Source of the DNA: Amoeboaphelidium occidentale
Lineage: Eukaryota
Reading direction: 5' to 3'
Length of the DNA: 64,000 bases
Assembly: GCA_023515795.1 (NCBI GenBank)
Contig: JALGPX010000033.1
Location: 1 to 64,000 of the forward strand
This document shows positions 44,264-55,947 of this stretch, in pieces; the first letter of the stretch is position 1; every line of letters starts with the position of its first letter. The notes below the pieces were generated by a model that was given only the letters and a program-made list of their open reading frames with translations, searched no databases and was not told the origin of the DNA. The position numbers and the translations under genes are program-made.

Positions 44264-46972
44264 ATGAATATGATAAAATATTGTCTTTGTATTTGGCTTT
44301 TAATGTACGTACAGATATGCGTGGGGCAGACTGTGTCGTCTAGAAGGCCTGCTCCTACTACAACACCTTCAGGCGATGATTCTGGAGGTGGATCAAGCAA
44401 CCTGTTTCTAGTAACTGCAATAGCGGGAGGTAGTGTTGTGCTCTTTGCCTTGTCCGGTTTGATATTTGCTGTTGTTATGATAAGAAGAGCGAGAAATAGG
44501 AGGTTGATCGAAGCTGGTCTCGAGCCTGTATCAACTGGTTTTAACCTCAAAATCCAGTCACCGTTCTCAAAGTTGATGGATAATGGCGATCTGGCAAAGA
44601 ATGAATGGAATGAAATTGTAAAAAAGCATGGAGGTGCTCCTGATAAGAGGAAGAAGAAAGATGCATTTTATCAACCTGATACTGCTGCCAGCGATGAGAA
44701 CCTTGCTGCTGTTCCAAATCAGTTCTTGAACCCGCTTGCATCGCATGAGTTGGAACAAAATGGCACTACGCGTAACTCTACCAATAATTACCAGGAGAAT
44801 AGTTCTGGAAATACCAATATGAACGGATCTGCTGGCGCATACGACGGCAACTATGGCCAAACGGAAGATGCACAACAGAGCCAGGCTAACCAATATTCAA
44901 ATCAAGGCAACGATCAGTATCAGCCTGATAACCAAGAATATCCAGAAATGACCGCCGACCCTGATATGCCGCCTCAACCTGTCGCAAGACCTGTTGAACC
45001 CGTTTCAGCGCACAAATTTATGGAATCAAAGAAGCCTGAACAAAACAATGAATTTTCTGGCAATTCAACTGGTCCGGTGGATAATGTTACAGGCTCAGGA
45101 GTAAATGAGGAACAAAACGTTCCTGATCAGATTCAAGAGTACCAACCAGAGCCGCTTCAAGCTGATGGTCAGAATTATCAGCAAGACCAAGCTTACGCAG
45201 ATCCAAACTATGGTTACGATCAGCAGCAACAAGGATATGACGAGCAACAGTATTACGATCAACAGCAACAGCAGCAACAGCAGCAACAGCAATATGGAGA
45301 GGAAGGTGCTCCAGTTGACCAAAATTACGGATATCAAGGCGACCAAGGCGATCAAGGCCAGGTGCAAGATATCCCATATGTCGGTTCTGGAGAACCAGAT
45401 GCGAATTATTACGACGCGCCTGATCAGAACTTAAATCCTGACTTGCGCTACGACCCTAATGCATACACGATATCAAAAGTCAAAAAACCACCTGCTCAAG
45501 AAGACGCAAATAATTATGGACAAGATCCTGCTAGTTACGGAGAAAACCAAAACTACGATGAAGCGCAACAAGGCGATCAAGGTCAGCAATTACAGCCACA
45601 AGAGGAGTATAACAATAACGCACCCATTCCTGATCAACAGGCAGCTGGGATTCCTCAAACTATTCAAGAAGCAGAAGAGGCTCAGAACAATGAATCTAGT
45701 TTGCCAAAATTTAGGCCAAACTTGGTCAATGAAATCGATGGTAAAGTCGCATATGAAACAGTACAAGACCAAGCTGTTCTCAATAATGCAGCAGATTCGG
45801 ATGATTTGAGAACTTTAGCAAAATTCCAGCCACAGAGTGTACAAAATACAAATGCAAGATTCGGATCTAACCCTGTCAGTTGGAATCGTGTGCCTGGAGC
45901 TGATCCTTCGTCTGCAGTTGGCCCTGGACCTGCATGGGACGGCCAGCTGACACACGGCTCCTATGGTCATAATTCACATCCACAATCTATGGCAAGCACT
46001 GATCAACGTTTCCCGCCAGGACAAAGAGCTTCTCCAAAACCAGATTATTACGATGCTGCACCATACTCAAATGATTATAATATGGGCGCGCAAAACTATA
46101 ATCAAGGTCCTGGATATCGTCCAGGTGTCAATCCGCAGAACAATGGTCCTAATTACCCAGTTAATAACCAGGGAGGGTACAGACCTATGCCTCAGACTGC
46201 TGGTCCACCCAATGGATACAATGGGAACGAATACGATAACTACAATCCAAACAACTTTTATAATAACCAACAAAACTATGGACCTAATTATCAGAATTAT
46301 GGCCCACCAAGACCGGGACCTGCACCTTACGGTAATCAACCAAGACCAATGGTTATTAATGCAAGACCACAGCCTGTTAATGTTGCAGGACCGATGAGGC
46401 CTCTAAATGTTGTCGCAGTGAATCCGCGTCCATTTACATCATCCCGACCTCCGTTTAATGGACCAAGACCAGGAGGATTACCCCCTGGAACATTCAGGAC
46501 ACCACAATATTTGGCCAGACCTCCAAATGATATGTACGGTGGTGCTCCAGGGCCATACGGACCAGCTCCACCACGAGGATATGGATCGCCATACACTCCA
46601 GGGCCTCCTCCACCTCATCAACAACACCAGCAGTACAACAACAATTACCTGAGTCGCCAGCCATCTATGGGTAATAGTTATCCTCGGCCCGCTCCACGAC
46701 CAACAGTTGCAAGACCAGCACAAGCAAACATGAGTACTTTAATTGATGAAGCCATTGACTCTGGTCCAAGCTATTCTGCATACAACGCTGGACAAGCTGT
46801 TGCGTCCCGTGATAACCTGAGATCATCGAAGCCAATTGGAGTCCAGGCCTCAACACTTATTGAGGAAGCCTCTGTTCAACCTCCTAGATTTACTCAAGAC
46901 GCTAGATCTGCGACTGGGGGATACTACGACTCAGATTTAAATCAAGCAATGGACTTTTTAGATCCAAAATAG
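44264..46972 (+). CDS. Single-pass type I membrane protein C with long Q/N/Y/P-rich cytoplasmic tail
   Basis: Signal peptide, about 25-aa ectodomain (SRRPAPTTTPSGDDSGGGSS), TM, polyQ and NY/GP-rich low-complexity region, two STLI(D/E)EA repeats. Confidence 0.8.
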   Translation: MNMIKYCLCIWLLMYVQICVGQTVSSRRPAPTTTPSGDDSGGGSSNLFLVTAIAGGSVVLFALSGLIFAVVMIRRARNRRLIEAGLEPVSTGFNLKIQSPFSKLMDNGDLAKNEWNEIVKKHGGAPDKRKKKDAFYQPDTAASDENLAAVPNQFLNPLASHELEQNGTTRNSTNNYQENSSGNTNMNGSAGAYDGNYGQTEDAQQSQANQYSNQGNDQYQPDNQEYPEMTADPDMPPQPVARPVEPVSAHKFMESKKPEQNNEFSGNSTGPVDNVTGSGVNEEQNVPDQIQEYQPEPLQADGQNYQQDQAYADPNYGYDQQQQGYDEQQYYDQQQQQQQQQQQYGEEGAPVDQNYGYQGDQGDQGQVQDIPYVGSGEPDANYYDAPDQNLNPDLRYDPNAYTISKVKKPPAQEDANNYGQDPASYGENQNYDEAQQGDQGQQLQPQEEYNNNAPIPDQQAAGIPQTIQEAEEAQNNESSLPKFRPNLVNEIDGKVAYETVQDQAVLNNAADSDDLRTLAKFQPQSVQNTNARFGSNPVSWNRVPGADPSSAVGPGPAWDGQLTHGSYGHNSHPQSMASTDQRFPPGQRASPKPDYYDAAPYSNDYNMGAQNYNQGPGYRPGVNPQNNGPNYPVNNQGGYRPMPQTAGPPNGYNGNEYDNYNPNNFYNNQQNYGPNYQNYGPPRPGPAPYGNQPRPMVINARPQPVNVAGPMRPLNVVAVNPRPFTSSRPPFNGPRPGGLPPGTFRTPQYLARPPNDMYGGAPGPYGPAPPRGYGSPYTPGPPPPHQQHQQYNNNYLSRQPSMGNSYPRPAPRPTVARPAQANMSTLIDEAIDSGPSYSAYNAGQAVASRDNLRSSKPIGVQASTLIEEASVQPPRFTQDARSATGGYYDSDLNQAMDFLDPK

Positions 46973-47011
46973 AGACTGCGCACGGAAACGAATAAAGAAT
47001 ATTTACTACAG

Positions 47012-48782
47012 CTAATCTAGAACAATAAGCTCACAATCATCTTCCTCTTCCACTGAGGACTTATCATATTCGACCTCATTTGAATTTTCAATAGTTTTCA
47101 ATGTTGCGCAAAATTCAGCTACTTTGGCATTGACTTGAACCTTTGCTGGATGAAAGCCTTTCATTTCAATAGTTTCTAAGGAAACAGCTCTGGAGAGAGC
47201 TACGTAAACTTGGCCAGCCTCAAATGATCGCGATAAATCAAGTTTCAGAACAGGGATAGTTTGTCCTTGAGCTTTGTGTATTGACATTGCCCACGCCAAG
47301 ATCAAGGGTATTTGAGATCTAACAGCGACCCTTTTCCCATTCTCTAAGATGTCCCAATCCTCTTTTTTAACAGCAATTTGAACAGGATGGGGAGATCCTG
47401 CGACTTTAAACGCAACGATAGGATTATTTGACGAATCGAATCCAGCGACAATTCCCAGAGTTCCATTAAAAAGACCAATATTGTGATCAAGATTCTTGAG
47501 CAGCATAACCTGTGCACCTTTCTTCAACTCTAGCATAAAAGGAGCCTGACATTGGCCATCTAGAGCTTTCTTTAACCTTTTAACTGTTTCTGCCGCTCCT
47601 GATTTAAACCAATCGGTAGTTTCATATTTGTGACTTTCTTCATTTAGGCTTTTAAGCCTGTACGTGTTCGCATTTTCAACTTCTCTCCTGGTTGGATACA
47701 ATTCAATTGGTGCTAAAGAGTAAGGTTCATTCAAGTGGAAGAATACAGAAATCGCCAATTTTTACAGGCCTATTCAAACTTTTGAGAACTTTAATACTTT
47801 CAGCAGATAATTTGTTGAGACGTAGTTCGTTAAGAATATTGATAAATACAGGATCTGTTTGACGGAATGCATGTGTCAACATTACAGTTTCTTCAATTGC
47901 ATTCTTCCAGGATTCTGTTTCAAAGCAAAAAGCTGGAACAATCTTCTTGCCATTGTTATCTCTTTCTGGAACAGGAGGAAGCTGAAAGAAATCGCCACAT
48001 ATGACCAATTGAATTCCTCCAAAGGGCTTTTTGGAATCCCTAACTATGCGTGCACATTGGTCAATAGAATCAAACAAGTCACCATCGATCATTGATATCT
48101 CATCTATGATCAAAACTTCAGTTTTTTGCCATCTCGCAAGAGCATACTTGTTCTTGATCACTCTTCCAGCCATTTGTGAAGGATGCATTCTCACGATACC
48201 GCAACCAACAAATGAATGCAATGTTTTACCGCCAATATTGCAGGCCGCGATTCCGGTGCTAGCACATATCTGTAAAGCTTCACCCGACTTGATTCTTTTA
48301 AACTGTTTGATAATTTCTCTGAGTAGGAAAGATTTGCCCACTCCTGCATTGCCAGTAAAGAAGACACTTTTCCCTTGGTTGACCACCAAATCCAGAACGT
48401 ATTGTTGCTCATCTGAAAGCTTAACTTCTTCATAGCCAGCGCTATTTGATTTGCCCTTTTCTTCTCGAAACAGCTGATGCTGCTTCATATCTTCATCACC
48501 ATCCAATAAGACTTGCTCGTAATTCCTCTTCGGTTGCTTCGGTTTTTGAAAGTAGTTAAAGCCAGCTGAAGCATCAGCATTCTGCATCCTTTTAATGGTA
48601 TCGACTGGTATTGAGTTCAGAACTGATGACTTATCATTCGATTGTTTCGGCGGCATGGCTTTGGCTGGCATGGGCGTGATAGTTGATTCTCGCTTGATTT
48701 CACTGCTTGGAGTGCCTTTCTTTGACGAAGATTTAAACGTAAAGTAGTCTTTTAGGGACGTCTGCTTCCCGCTACTCTTCAT
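47012..48782 (-). CDS. PIF1: Pif1-family DNA helicase (intron 47713-47746)
   Basis: FFTGNAGVGKS, ASTGIAA, DEISM, KPFGGIQL...GDFFQLPPV, FRQ.D, QIPLILAWAMSIHKAQGQT, YVALSRA. A 34-nt intron explains the frame change. Confidence 0.95.
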
Positions 48783-48785
48783 AGT

Positions 48786-51150
48786 CTATTTAGTTGTTCG
48801 TTTCAGAAGTTTCGCAGAAACAAAGGCGCTGTTTGAAAATGTTGAGGAGCGTTTCACGCCTTTGTGTTTGTAAGAACCTTCATTCGTGTCTTTACTAGTT
48901 GATTTTTCATTGGAGCCCTGCAGCTTTTGTAAGTCTTCTAAATCCATTGACTTCTTCTTGAGCTCATCAATATCAAAAGTCCTGCCAAGTTGCTTAGCAA
49001 TGTGTACAAAATCGTCAACTTTCACTCGAACCATCAGAGTATCGCCTCGACTTTCTACTCTTACATCTTCTCTCTTTTGTAGTAACACTCCGACAAAAGG
49101 ACTCCAAAATGCATCACTGTCGTCATAATAACTGAGCTTTTCATGATTAAACGCCAAAACTAATGAACACTGGGCCCTTGTCATACCAACGTACAATAAA
49201 CGACGCTCTTCTGCTGTTTTTGGATTGAGTTTATGAGGAATGCAGCCATATCTTACATTCAAAATCCATACAAAAGGAAACTCTAAACCTTTTGAAGTAT
49301 GCAAAGTCATTAGAGAGATTTTAGGTTCTTTCTTTCGATCTAAAGAATGAGCTGTTACACTTCAAGGCTTACCAGATTTTAATGCATCGGGCGCGGCATC
49401 TAACGTTACTTTTTCGAACAAAGTTTCAACAAGCTTCGTCGTTGAGAGCTCTTGAGGTAATGTTGATGGATCGAGTTCAGTCACAGTTTCATCTTCCTCC
49501 TGCAACATTCTAAAATGAGTTTCAATCTCACTTCCTCTAAATCCAGACTCAAAATCTTTCAAAAAAGCAATTAATTCTTCAATGTTCTTTTCCCTGTTTG
49601 TTTCGTCTTCTGTCTCTGTGGCAGATATCACAGTCTTCTTTTTTTGAGATTTATCTAAAGTTCGAACATAAGCGACATATTCTAGAGCTTCTAAACAGTA
49701 TAGCAATATCTCCTCCAATGTACAGTTATTTTTTATCATGGATTGAACTTCCTTGATCATATTCAAAAATTTAATAATTTTTGTTTTACCCTTAGCTCTA
49801 CTCCTCACATGTTCATACAGAGAGCCTTCATCAGAGTTGTATCCATCAACTAATTGTTTAATGGTGGCAGCACCTACTCCACGCGGTGGAACATTAATTA
49901 TACGATCAAAAGAGAAGAAATCATAAGGATTATTAGCAAACTTAATGTAGCAAAGAAGGTCTTTGATTTCTTTTCTATCAAAGAAACTAACACCGCCTCT
50001 AACTCTAAACGGTAAATTCTTCATCAAAAGCGCTTGTTGCAAAGCGTTTCCTTCCTTGTTTGTTCTGTACAAAACTGCAAAATCATTATAATTCAAAACA
50101 CCAGCAGAAGAATCATGGAGCATTTCTATGTTACGAGCAATCATTTCAGCTTGTTGCCTTCCATTCTGGAACTCCTGCATAACTACGGGAGTTCCTTCCC
50201 AATTCTCGGTCCACAAACCCTTATCAACACGTTCCTTATCTTCTCTGATTACAGACAAGCTAGCTGATATGATGCTTTTAGTAGATCTATAATTCTGCTC
50301 TAAAAATATACTCTCAGAGTCCTCTTTAAACTTTTCCTGAAATTTAATCAAATTGGTAACATCAGCATTTCTCCAAGCGTAAATACTTTGGTCAGGGTCA
50401 CAGACAACAGTGAACTTCTGACACGCGCTCGCAAAGCGTTCCATCAGCATGTACTGAATAGCGTTCGTATCTTGGAACTCATCGATAATAACATGCTTAA
50501 TAGAGCTTGATAAGTGTGGCCACATCTGGAACAACTTCAGAGTAAACACTAACAAGTCGTCAAAATCTAAAGAATTGGTCCTCCTCAGCTCGCGATTATA
50601 CTCGCGGAAAACTCCGACTGCTAGTTGCTTAAGTGGGTCACCATCACCATATGATGCTTCGATTTCTTTCTCGGTCCAATTCTGTGCTTTTGCATTCGAT
50701 ATAATTGATCCAAAATTGACTTTTAACGTGGCAGCCATAGGAAAGTGTTCCTTAACAACCATATTCAATATCTTCTTACTGTCCTCGGAATCAAGAACTT
50801 GGAAGTTGTTCTTTAGGCCAACAACTGTTCCGTACTTTCGAAGATACAACGCTCCAATATGATGAAAAGTCCCCAATATCAATTTATCAACAGAGGCAAT
50901 ATCATGTGGTGCCATTTTGTAGAGTCTTTCCTTCATTTCTGCTGCAGCTTTGTTCGTAAAAGTGGTCACAATGACCGTCTCTGGAGGAATCTTTTCCTGC
51001 TGCAAAAGGAACAGAACCCTGTGGGTGATGACCCTGGTTTTACCTGAACCTAATTGATAAGCTATGTAAAAGAAGAAACATACCTGGGCCGCTGAGAACA
51101 ATGACTCTGTTCTTCTGGGAAACCACAGCTTTCTCTTGCGCTGGGTTCAT
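48786..51150 (-). CDS. SRS2: UvrD/Srs2-family DNA helicase (introns 51050-51083, 49340-49372)
   Basis: MNPAQ, GPGSGKT, TFTNKAA.EMKER, DEFQDTN, DPDQSIY.WR, QNYRST, TLHTSKGLEF, EERRLLYVGMTRA. Confidence 0.92.
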
Positions 51151-51172
51151 CTGATTATTAAAAATTTTTGTT

Positions 51173-52843
51173 CTATTGCATTACGACACACTTAGCCAAT
51201 GCATTCAAACAGGAGCTGTTTACTTCTACATCGTCTCTAAAGCACCTCAATAACTCGTAAACATCGTCAGAGGTTTCTGGTTTTACATACGACAACAAGC
51301 GTTTCACGTCCTTCTTTACAACTGAACTGTCAATTAGATTCAACCGTAGAATATTTAAAAGCATATCAAGCGCCTGCTTGTAGTTGCCATCTTTTTCGAA
51401 GGACTTGCTCCTCCAGAAAGAATGAATTGCATCATTACGACTGGCAATTGCCTTCAGCTGCTCATCAGTTCCATGTAGAATAACATCCTTGATCAAGCCA
51501 TCACTAAGTTCCCGAAATGTCCGCATTAGATCTTCGTTCATGGTATTTAAAATAAGAGATGTGCCGTTCTCCGGAAACAAGATACCAAAGCATTCAACGT
51601 ATTTTCTTGTTCTTCTCAAGTTCTGAATGAAACAGATTTGCAGACTTGAAACATCCAACTTGTACTTGTGACATACTTTCATAACCTTATCGAATTCTTC
51701 AGTGGTATTGATAGGCCTCTTTTCGACAAGCAACTGAATAGCTTCTTGTTTACAAATGTATTGTAAATAATCAAGAGCAGTCAGGAACATGTCATAATTT
51801 CTCGAAGCATATAACATGAGGGCATAGTCAAAATAAATGTAATTCCTAAGATCCAATGCTAAACGCTGATCAATACCATTCCCTGCAGACAACAATCCAA
51901 GGTTATACAACAAATCAACAAAAACACCAGCAAAGGTAACATGGAAATGCTCTGTTACGGCTCTAGCCAAACCCAAGTAGTCTCCCTTAAGGAACAGTCG
52001 AAGAATTCTATCATACTCATTAACAACAGGAGATTCTTTGACCTTATCATAGAATTGGTTGATAATTTCTGGCCATCCGTTAGTCATGACTTGATCATTG
52101 TATGAGTGCAACACTTTTGAAAGCAGCTCTAGTCTCCAGTTACCACCAGAAACAAACTCAATCGCATTAAAGTCATTCGCCAATATCAAATAAATGCGCT
52201 TCAGTTTCTCCTTGGAACTGTTCTGAGCAATTGTCATCATTTCCTTTCGGAACAAGAGCTTTGCTTCCGGCTTGTTCTGCTTCTGCTGCAAAATGCATCT
52301 TTTCAAACTTACAGTCAACAATTTGCTTTCGTCGTCAGATGTATCTGCCGTGCGCTCCAACAATGCAATGGCCTCGCTGTAGTATCCCTTCAGAACCAGC
52401 TTTTCCAACAGAACAAAATAAGAACTGTGCTGATAAGGGACAGCGCACTTGAGAATATCATCCAACATTTTCTCTTCTAATTTAATTTCGTTGTAAGCTT
52501 CTTCTGAAGGGTCGTTCTCAAGCCATTCGAACAGATCGGAAATCAACAAGTGAGGCTTCGTAACAAAATTCAAGTAATGCAAAAGGTACGATTCCTGCTT
52601 TCCAAATAAACTTAAATAATTCTCTACTTTCAATGGTTTCGTATTATCCTGAGTGCCAATTAGTAGCTCGTGACATTTTCTGATCAAATCATTCGGTGCT
52701 AATTCCGGAACTGTTCGTACTACAACGATTTTCTTGTTGGCATTCGAAGACAGCAGGAGATCGCTTTCCGGTGTAAAAGTCTGCGTTAGTCTCAGTGAAG
52801 GAACTTTAAGAGGTTGTTTTTGGTTTCGACTTTGAAAGTTCAT
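51173..52843 (-). CDS. Nup85-like nucleoporin (divergent)
   Basis: All-helical ORF; LVLKGYYSEAIALL, NWRLELLS.VL, LRNYIYFDYA.ML and ALDYL match the Nup85 pattern recalled from memory. Confidence 0.6.
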   Translation of the reverse strand: MNFQSRNQKQPLKVPSLRLTQTFTPESDLLLSSNANKKIVVVRTVPELAPNDLIRKCHELLIGTQDNTKPLKVENYLSLFGKQESYLLHYLNFVTKPHLLISDLFEWLENDPSEEAYNEIKLEEKMLDDILKCAVPYQHSSYFVLLEKLVLKGYYSEAIALLERTADTSDDESKLLTVSLKRCILQQKQNKPEAKLLFRKEMMTIAQNSSKEKLKRIYLILANDFNAIEFVSGGNWRLELLSKVLHSYNDQVMTNGWPEIINQFYDKVKESPVVNEYDRILRLFLKGDYLGLARAVTEHFHVTFAGVFVDLLYNLGLLSAGNGIDQRLALDLRNYIYFDYALMLYASRNYDMFLTALDYLQYICKQEAIQLLVEKRPINTTEEFDKVMKVCHKYKLDVSSLQICFIQNLRRTRKYVECFGILFPENGTSLILNTMNEDLMRTFRELSDGLIKDVILHGTDEQLKAIASRNDAIHSFWRSKSFEKDGNYKQALDMLLNILRLNLIDSSVVKKDVKRLLSYVKPETSDDVYELLRCFRDDVEVNSSCLNALAKCVVMQ

Positions 52844-52897
52844 CTCTTTGCAAGGAAAGAAAGGCGAGTTTCATTATCGTATTCAATTCGCTACAGA

Positions 52898-53386
52898 ATG
52901 TTCCAGTCCCTTCTGAAACACCATCTACAGAATAAAGACGAAGTTCAACGGCGGTTAGGTAGTTTCGTTTATGGAAAAGATTCTTAGGGTTTTGTTTAAG
53001 ACACATTGAAGCTCGACGCTGATGTTGCAATTAAAGAGTACACATCCAGACTAGCGGTTGATCTTAACAAAGAGTGACTCTACTGAAGTAAAATTTAACT
53101 TGATAGCGTGGCTCAGCTGTTCTTGAACCAACAAGATATCGAACATCAGGTGTTGAAGCATGATTTGCTATTTCTTAGTAAAGAGCATCAAAAGCAGCTC
53201 AAAGAATGGCATCAGACCTTCTTTAAAGATTTCTCTGATGTATTTCGAGAGCTTGGTGATGTGGGTCGATTGAGTGAAGTTATAGGGAATGATATGCAGA
53301 TTATTCTGAAAGTTCTGGAGAGAGTTCAAGAGCAACGAGCAAAGGCCAAGGATGAAGCTATATCTAATTTATTGAATAAAGCCTGA
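52898..53386 (+). CDS. BLOC1S1: BLOC-1/BORC subunit 1 (GCN5L1) (introns 52959-53000, 53074-53106)
   Basis: Spliced MFQSLLKHH...DLNKDVAQLFLNQ...W...F...RELGDV...NDMQII. Confidence 0.85.
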
Positions 53387-53460
53387 AACGCGTTCAGAGT
53401 CTCAGATGTTGCTTTGTTACGAGACATGCCTGCAAACGCAACTTCTTCGAGATCCTTCGC

Positions 53461-55237
53461 TCAATGTCTAAGCTCTTGTAAAACTTCTGCGACTTGATGA
53501 AGACCTTCTTTATCAGAAAAATAAATCGAGTCTTTGATAGCCTTCTTATAATGGGGTTCTAAATTCTTGATAGAGCCCTCTGCAACCTGTTTGAGTAATT
53601 CGTTTCTGTGTCCTTTTAAGACTGCTTTACCTTCATAAGCCATTTCCATAAAAAATGTCGCGTAGTCTTTTACATACTGCTTTTGCTTCTCTTCTGCAGA
53701 TTTTGAGAATAGCCACGAAGCTTGGCTTTTGAACCAGTACCATGTTCTGTAAAACACAGATCTTTGAGAATTGACTTCCTTGTTCAACTTTGATAATACG
53801 TAATCCAGTAAAGCCATTGAAAAAGGATCATTCTTGATACTTTTGTAGCTTTCTGCGATATGTTTCTTTAATTGCTCAGGACTCTTCGTTGCCATATCTC
53901 CTAACTTACTGAAAGCCTTCTTCAGCACACCAACAAACTTTTGCGATTCTTGCTCTGCAAGAGGTTTTATCATAGATTCAGATGCAGAAAGGTACTGCAT
54001 AATGTTATTTGTGACGTCTTCAAGAGACATTTCACTCTCTGCTAAAGTGGTCGCTGAGTTCGCGTTGGCTCCTAGCATTGCTTGTTCAGTGTTTGCCTGC
54101 TTTCCTGCGGCTACTTTAAAATCACTCAAAGCAGCAATCATTGCCAGTTTTTCGAAGCTTATCAGATGAAATAAAGAGCTTTGAGGAGCCAGCTCTGCAA
54201 AAACAACTTCAGGCAAGTAAATTTCCCCTGAACTCTTGGTAATCTTATCTGCGTACTCTTGGTTCTTCGAAATGAGAGGCGATCTGTGGAAACGCGACAT
54301 GCGGAATGAACATGCCTGCTCTCTTTTGCATACCATTTCTTGCACCTTAAAAAACCTAGATGCGAATGTTGCTAATTCTTTGTAAGGGCCTGTTTGTAGA
54401 ACCTTATTCGTTTCAATCGCTCCAGAATCTTTCATGTAAGCTGCAATTGTGAAGAATCTCGCTCTTGCCTTGTCTTTCGGTATTTTTGAAACAATATCAA
54501 TACAGCGACGGTCGTCGCTGCATTCTTTTTCCAAGACTGGCAAATAATCCAACATATTGAATTCTTTCGTGCAGTGCTTTCCCTCAGCTTCAACGGTATT
54601 CCCAACATGGAGACCATAATAACATACTTTTCTAGATTCTTCAACCAACTTATCGTAGTAAGTAGCAAACTTTGCGGTGCTAAGCAAGAATTTTCGAGTA
54701 CTATCTTTTTCTGTTCTGTAGTTGAACAAACCCAAATTACGCGAGGCACGAGTGTTTCTTAGTTTCATCGGGTACACTGATATGAACATCATTTGAGGCG
54801 CATTCAAGGTCTTGTCCCGCAAGAACTCCTGATAAGTCGCCTCCAAATACACGAGCTCTCTCATAATATCCTGAAACTCTGCCAAACCGTTCGCATCAAG
54901 TTTCGCAGCAATATCATCAGATGATGTTGTCATTATTTCATCAGTATCTTCTCGGATCAAGTCTTTGTATTTATCATAGTCTTCAACGTGTATGTTATAC
55001 GCAAGATGCTCCCATGACTTGTGTTTCTCCATCTTCTTGAGCATATGAGATAGAATATTATCATAAGTGCCTCTTACAGAAAATGCATCAGATCCAACTA
55101 AGCAATTAGTCTTTGATATTTGACAAGATTGTGATTTTACCCGAATAAAACTCGCTCGAGCTGCGACTGTTGCTCAATACCAGAGTGAAGCCACAGATGA
55201 CGAATACCAAGAAGATTTTATCTAACGCGCAGACCAT
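53461..55237 (-). CDS. Secreted orphan protein, about 577 aa (intron 55098-55140)
   Basis: Upstream exon MVCALDKIFLVFVICGFTLVLS (signal peptide) splices in frame to the 527-aa ORF; six Cys clustered mid-protein. Confidence 0.75.
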
Positions 55238-55347
55238 TACTTCGATTTAGAAAAAAGCTAAGGAAGAGTTCACGTGTTTTGCCCCTTGGCTGGCTCGAAT
55301 CAAAAATCTGGCGTCCGAGCTTGCGTTTCTATCTCGAAACATAGAAC

Positions 55348-55868
55348 ATGGTATTGAACCTATTCCCAAAAGCAGATTATCCAGAAGACCAAAGATTCCC
55401 TCATACCATTCTATACTTGCACGGAGCGATGAAAGGAAGCCAAGCTGGTTCATTTCTTGGTCTTGGGATTGGATCTTTAGTGTCGCTAGCGAAACATCGC
55501 AAAATTGTCCTTCAAACCGTGGCGCAGGGAGCCGGCATTGGATTGCTTACTGGCACAGCGTTATTGTTTCCTTTAATTGCTTCCAAAATGCACGGCAAAG
55601 ACGAGATTGAATGGAAGGATAGATCTTGGCGATTGCAGAGGAACCAAGGACAAGTCGTAAGTTCAAGAAATAATCGAATAACTTTGCAACTTTGTAGAAG
55701 ACTGATTCTATTGTTGAAACCAGCATGGTTAGCGGAGCAATCTTGGGTCCAAGTTTGGGATTGACATTGCTTCAGGGCGCTGGACTGTTTGGAGGCATCA
55801 GTGTTCTTCTGGTTGGTACTTACGCGTCAATATTTTCCAAAAGCAAGCCAAATGTTTCAAGTATGTAA
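55348..55868 (+). CDS. Small Gly-rich membrane protein, DUF1757-like (intron 55657-55697)
   Basis: GxxxG TM segments; EWKDRSWRL..NQGQ..TD motif after splicing. Confidence 0.6.
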
Positions 55869-55947
55869 ATAGAAACTGTGAGGTCACATGGAAGAGCATA
55901 TGGTGTGCAAAGCCCCTTTTAACACTTTTGATCAGAATCACCACATA

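Noticed and set aside
45221..45290. CAG/CAA repeat as an array or CRISPR-like element
   Set aside because: It is a polyglutamine-coding tract inside a CDS, with no repeat-spacer structure.
47713..47758. Programmed frameshift or pseudogene in PIF1
   Set aside because: A 34-nt GT-AG intron (47713-47746) restores the frame.
47012..48782. Helitron or other mobile-element helicase
   Set aside because: No Rep/HUH domain or element termini; it is a cellular Pif1 among housekeeping genes.
52806..53030. Minus-strand ORF as an upstream exon of the Nup85-like gene
   Set aside because: It is antisense to the well-supported first exons of BLOC1S1.
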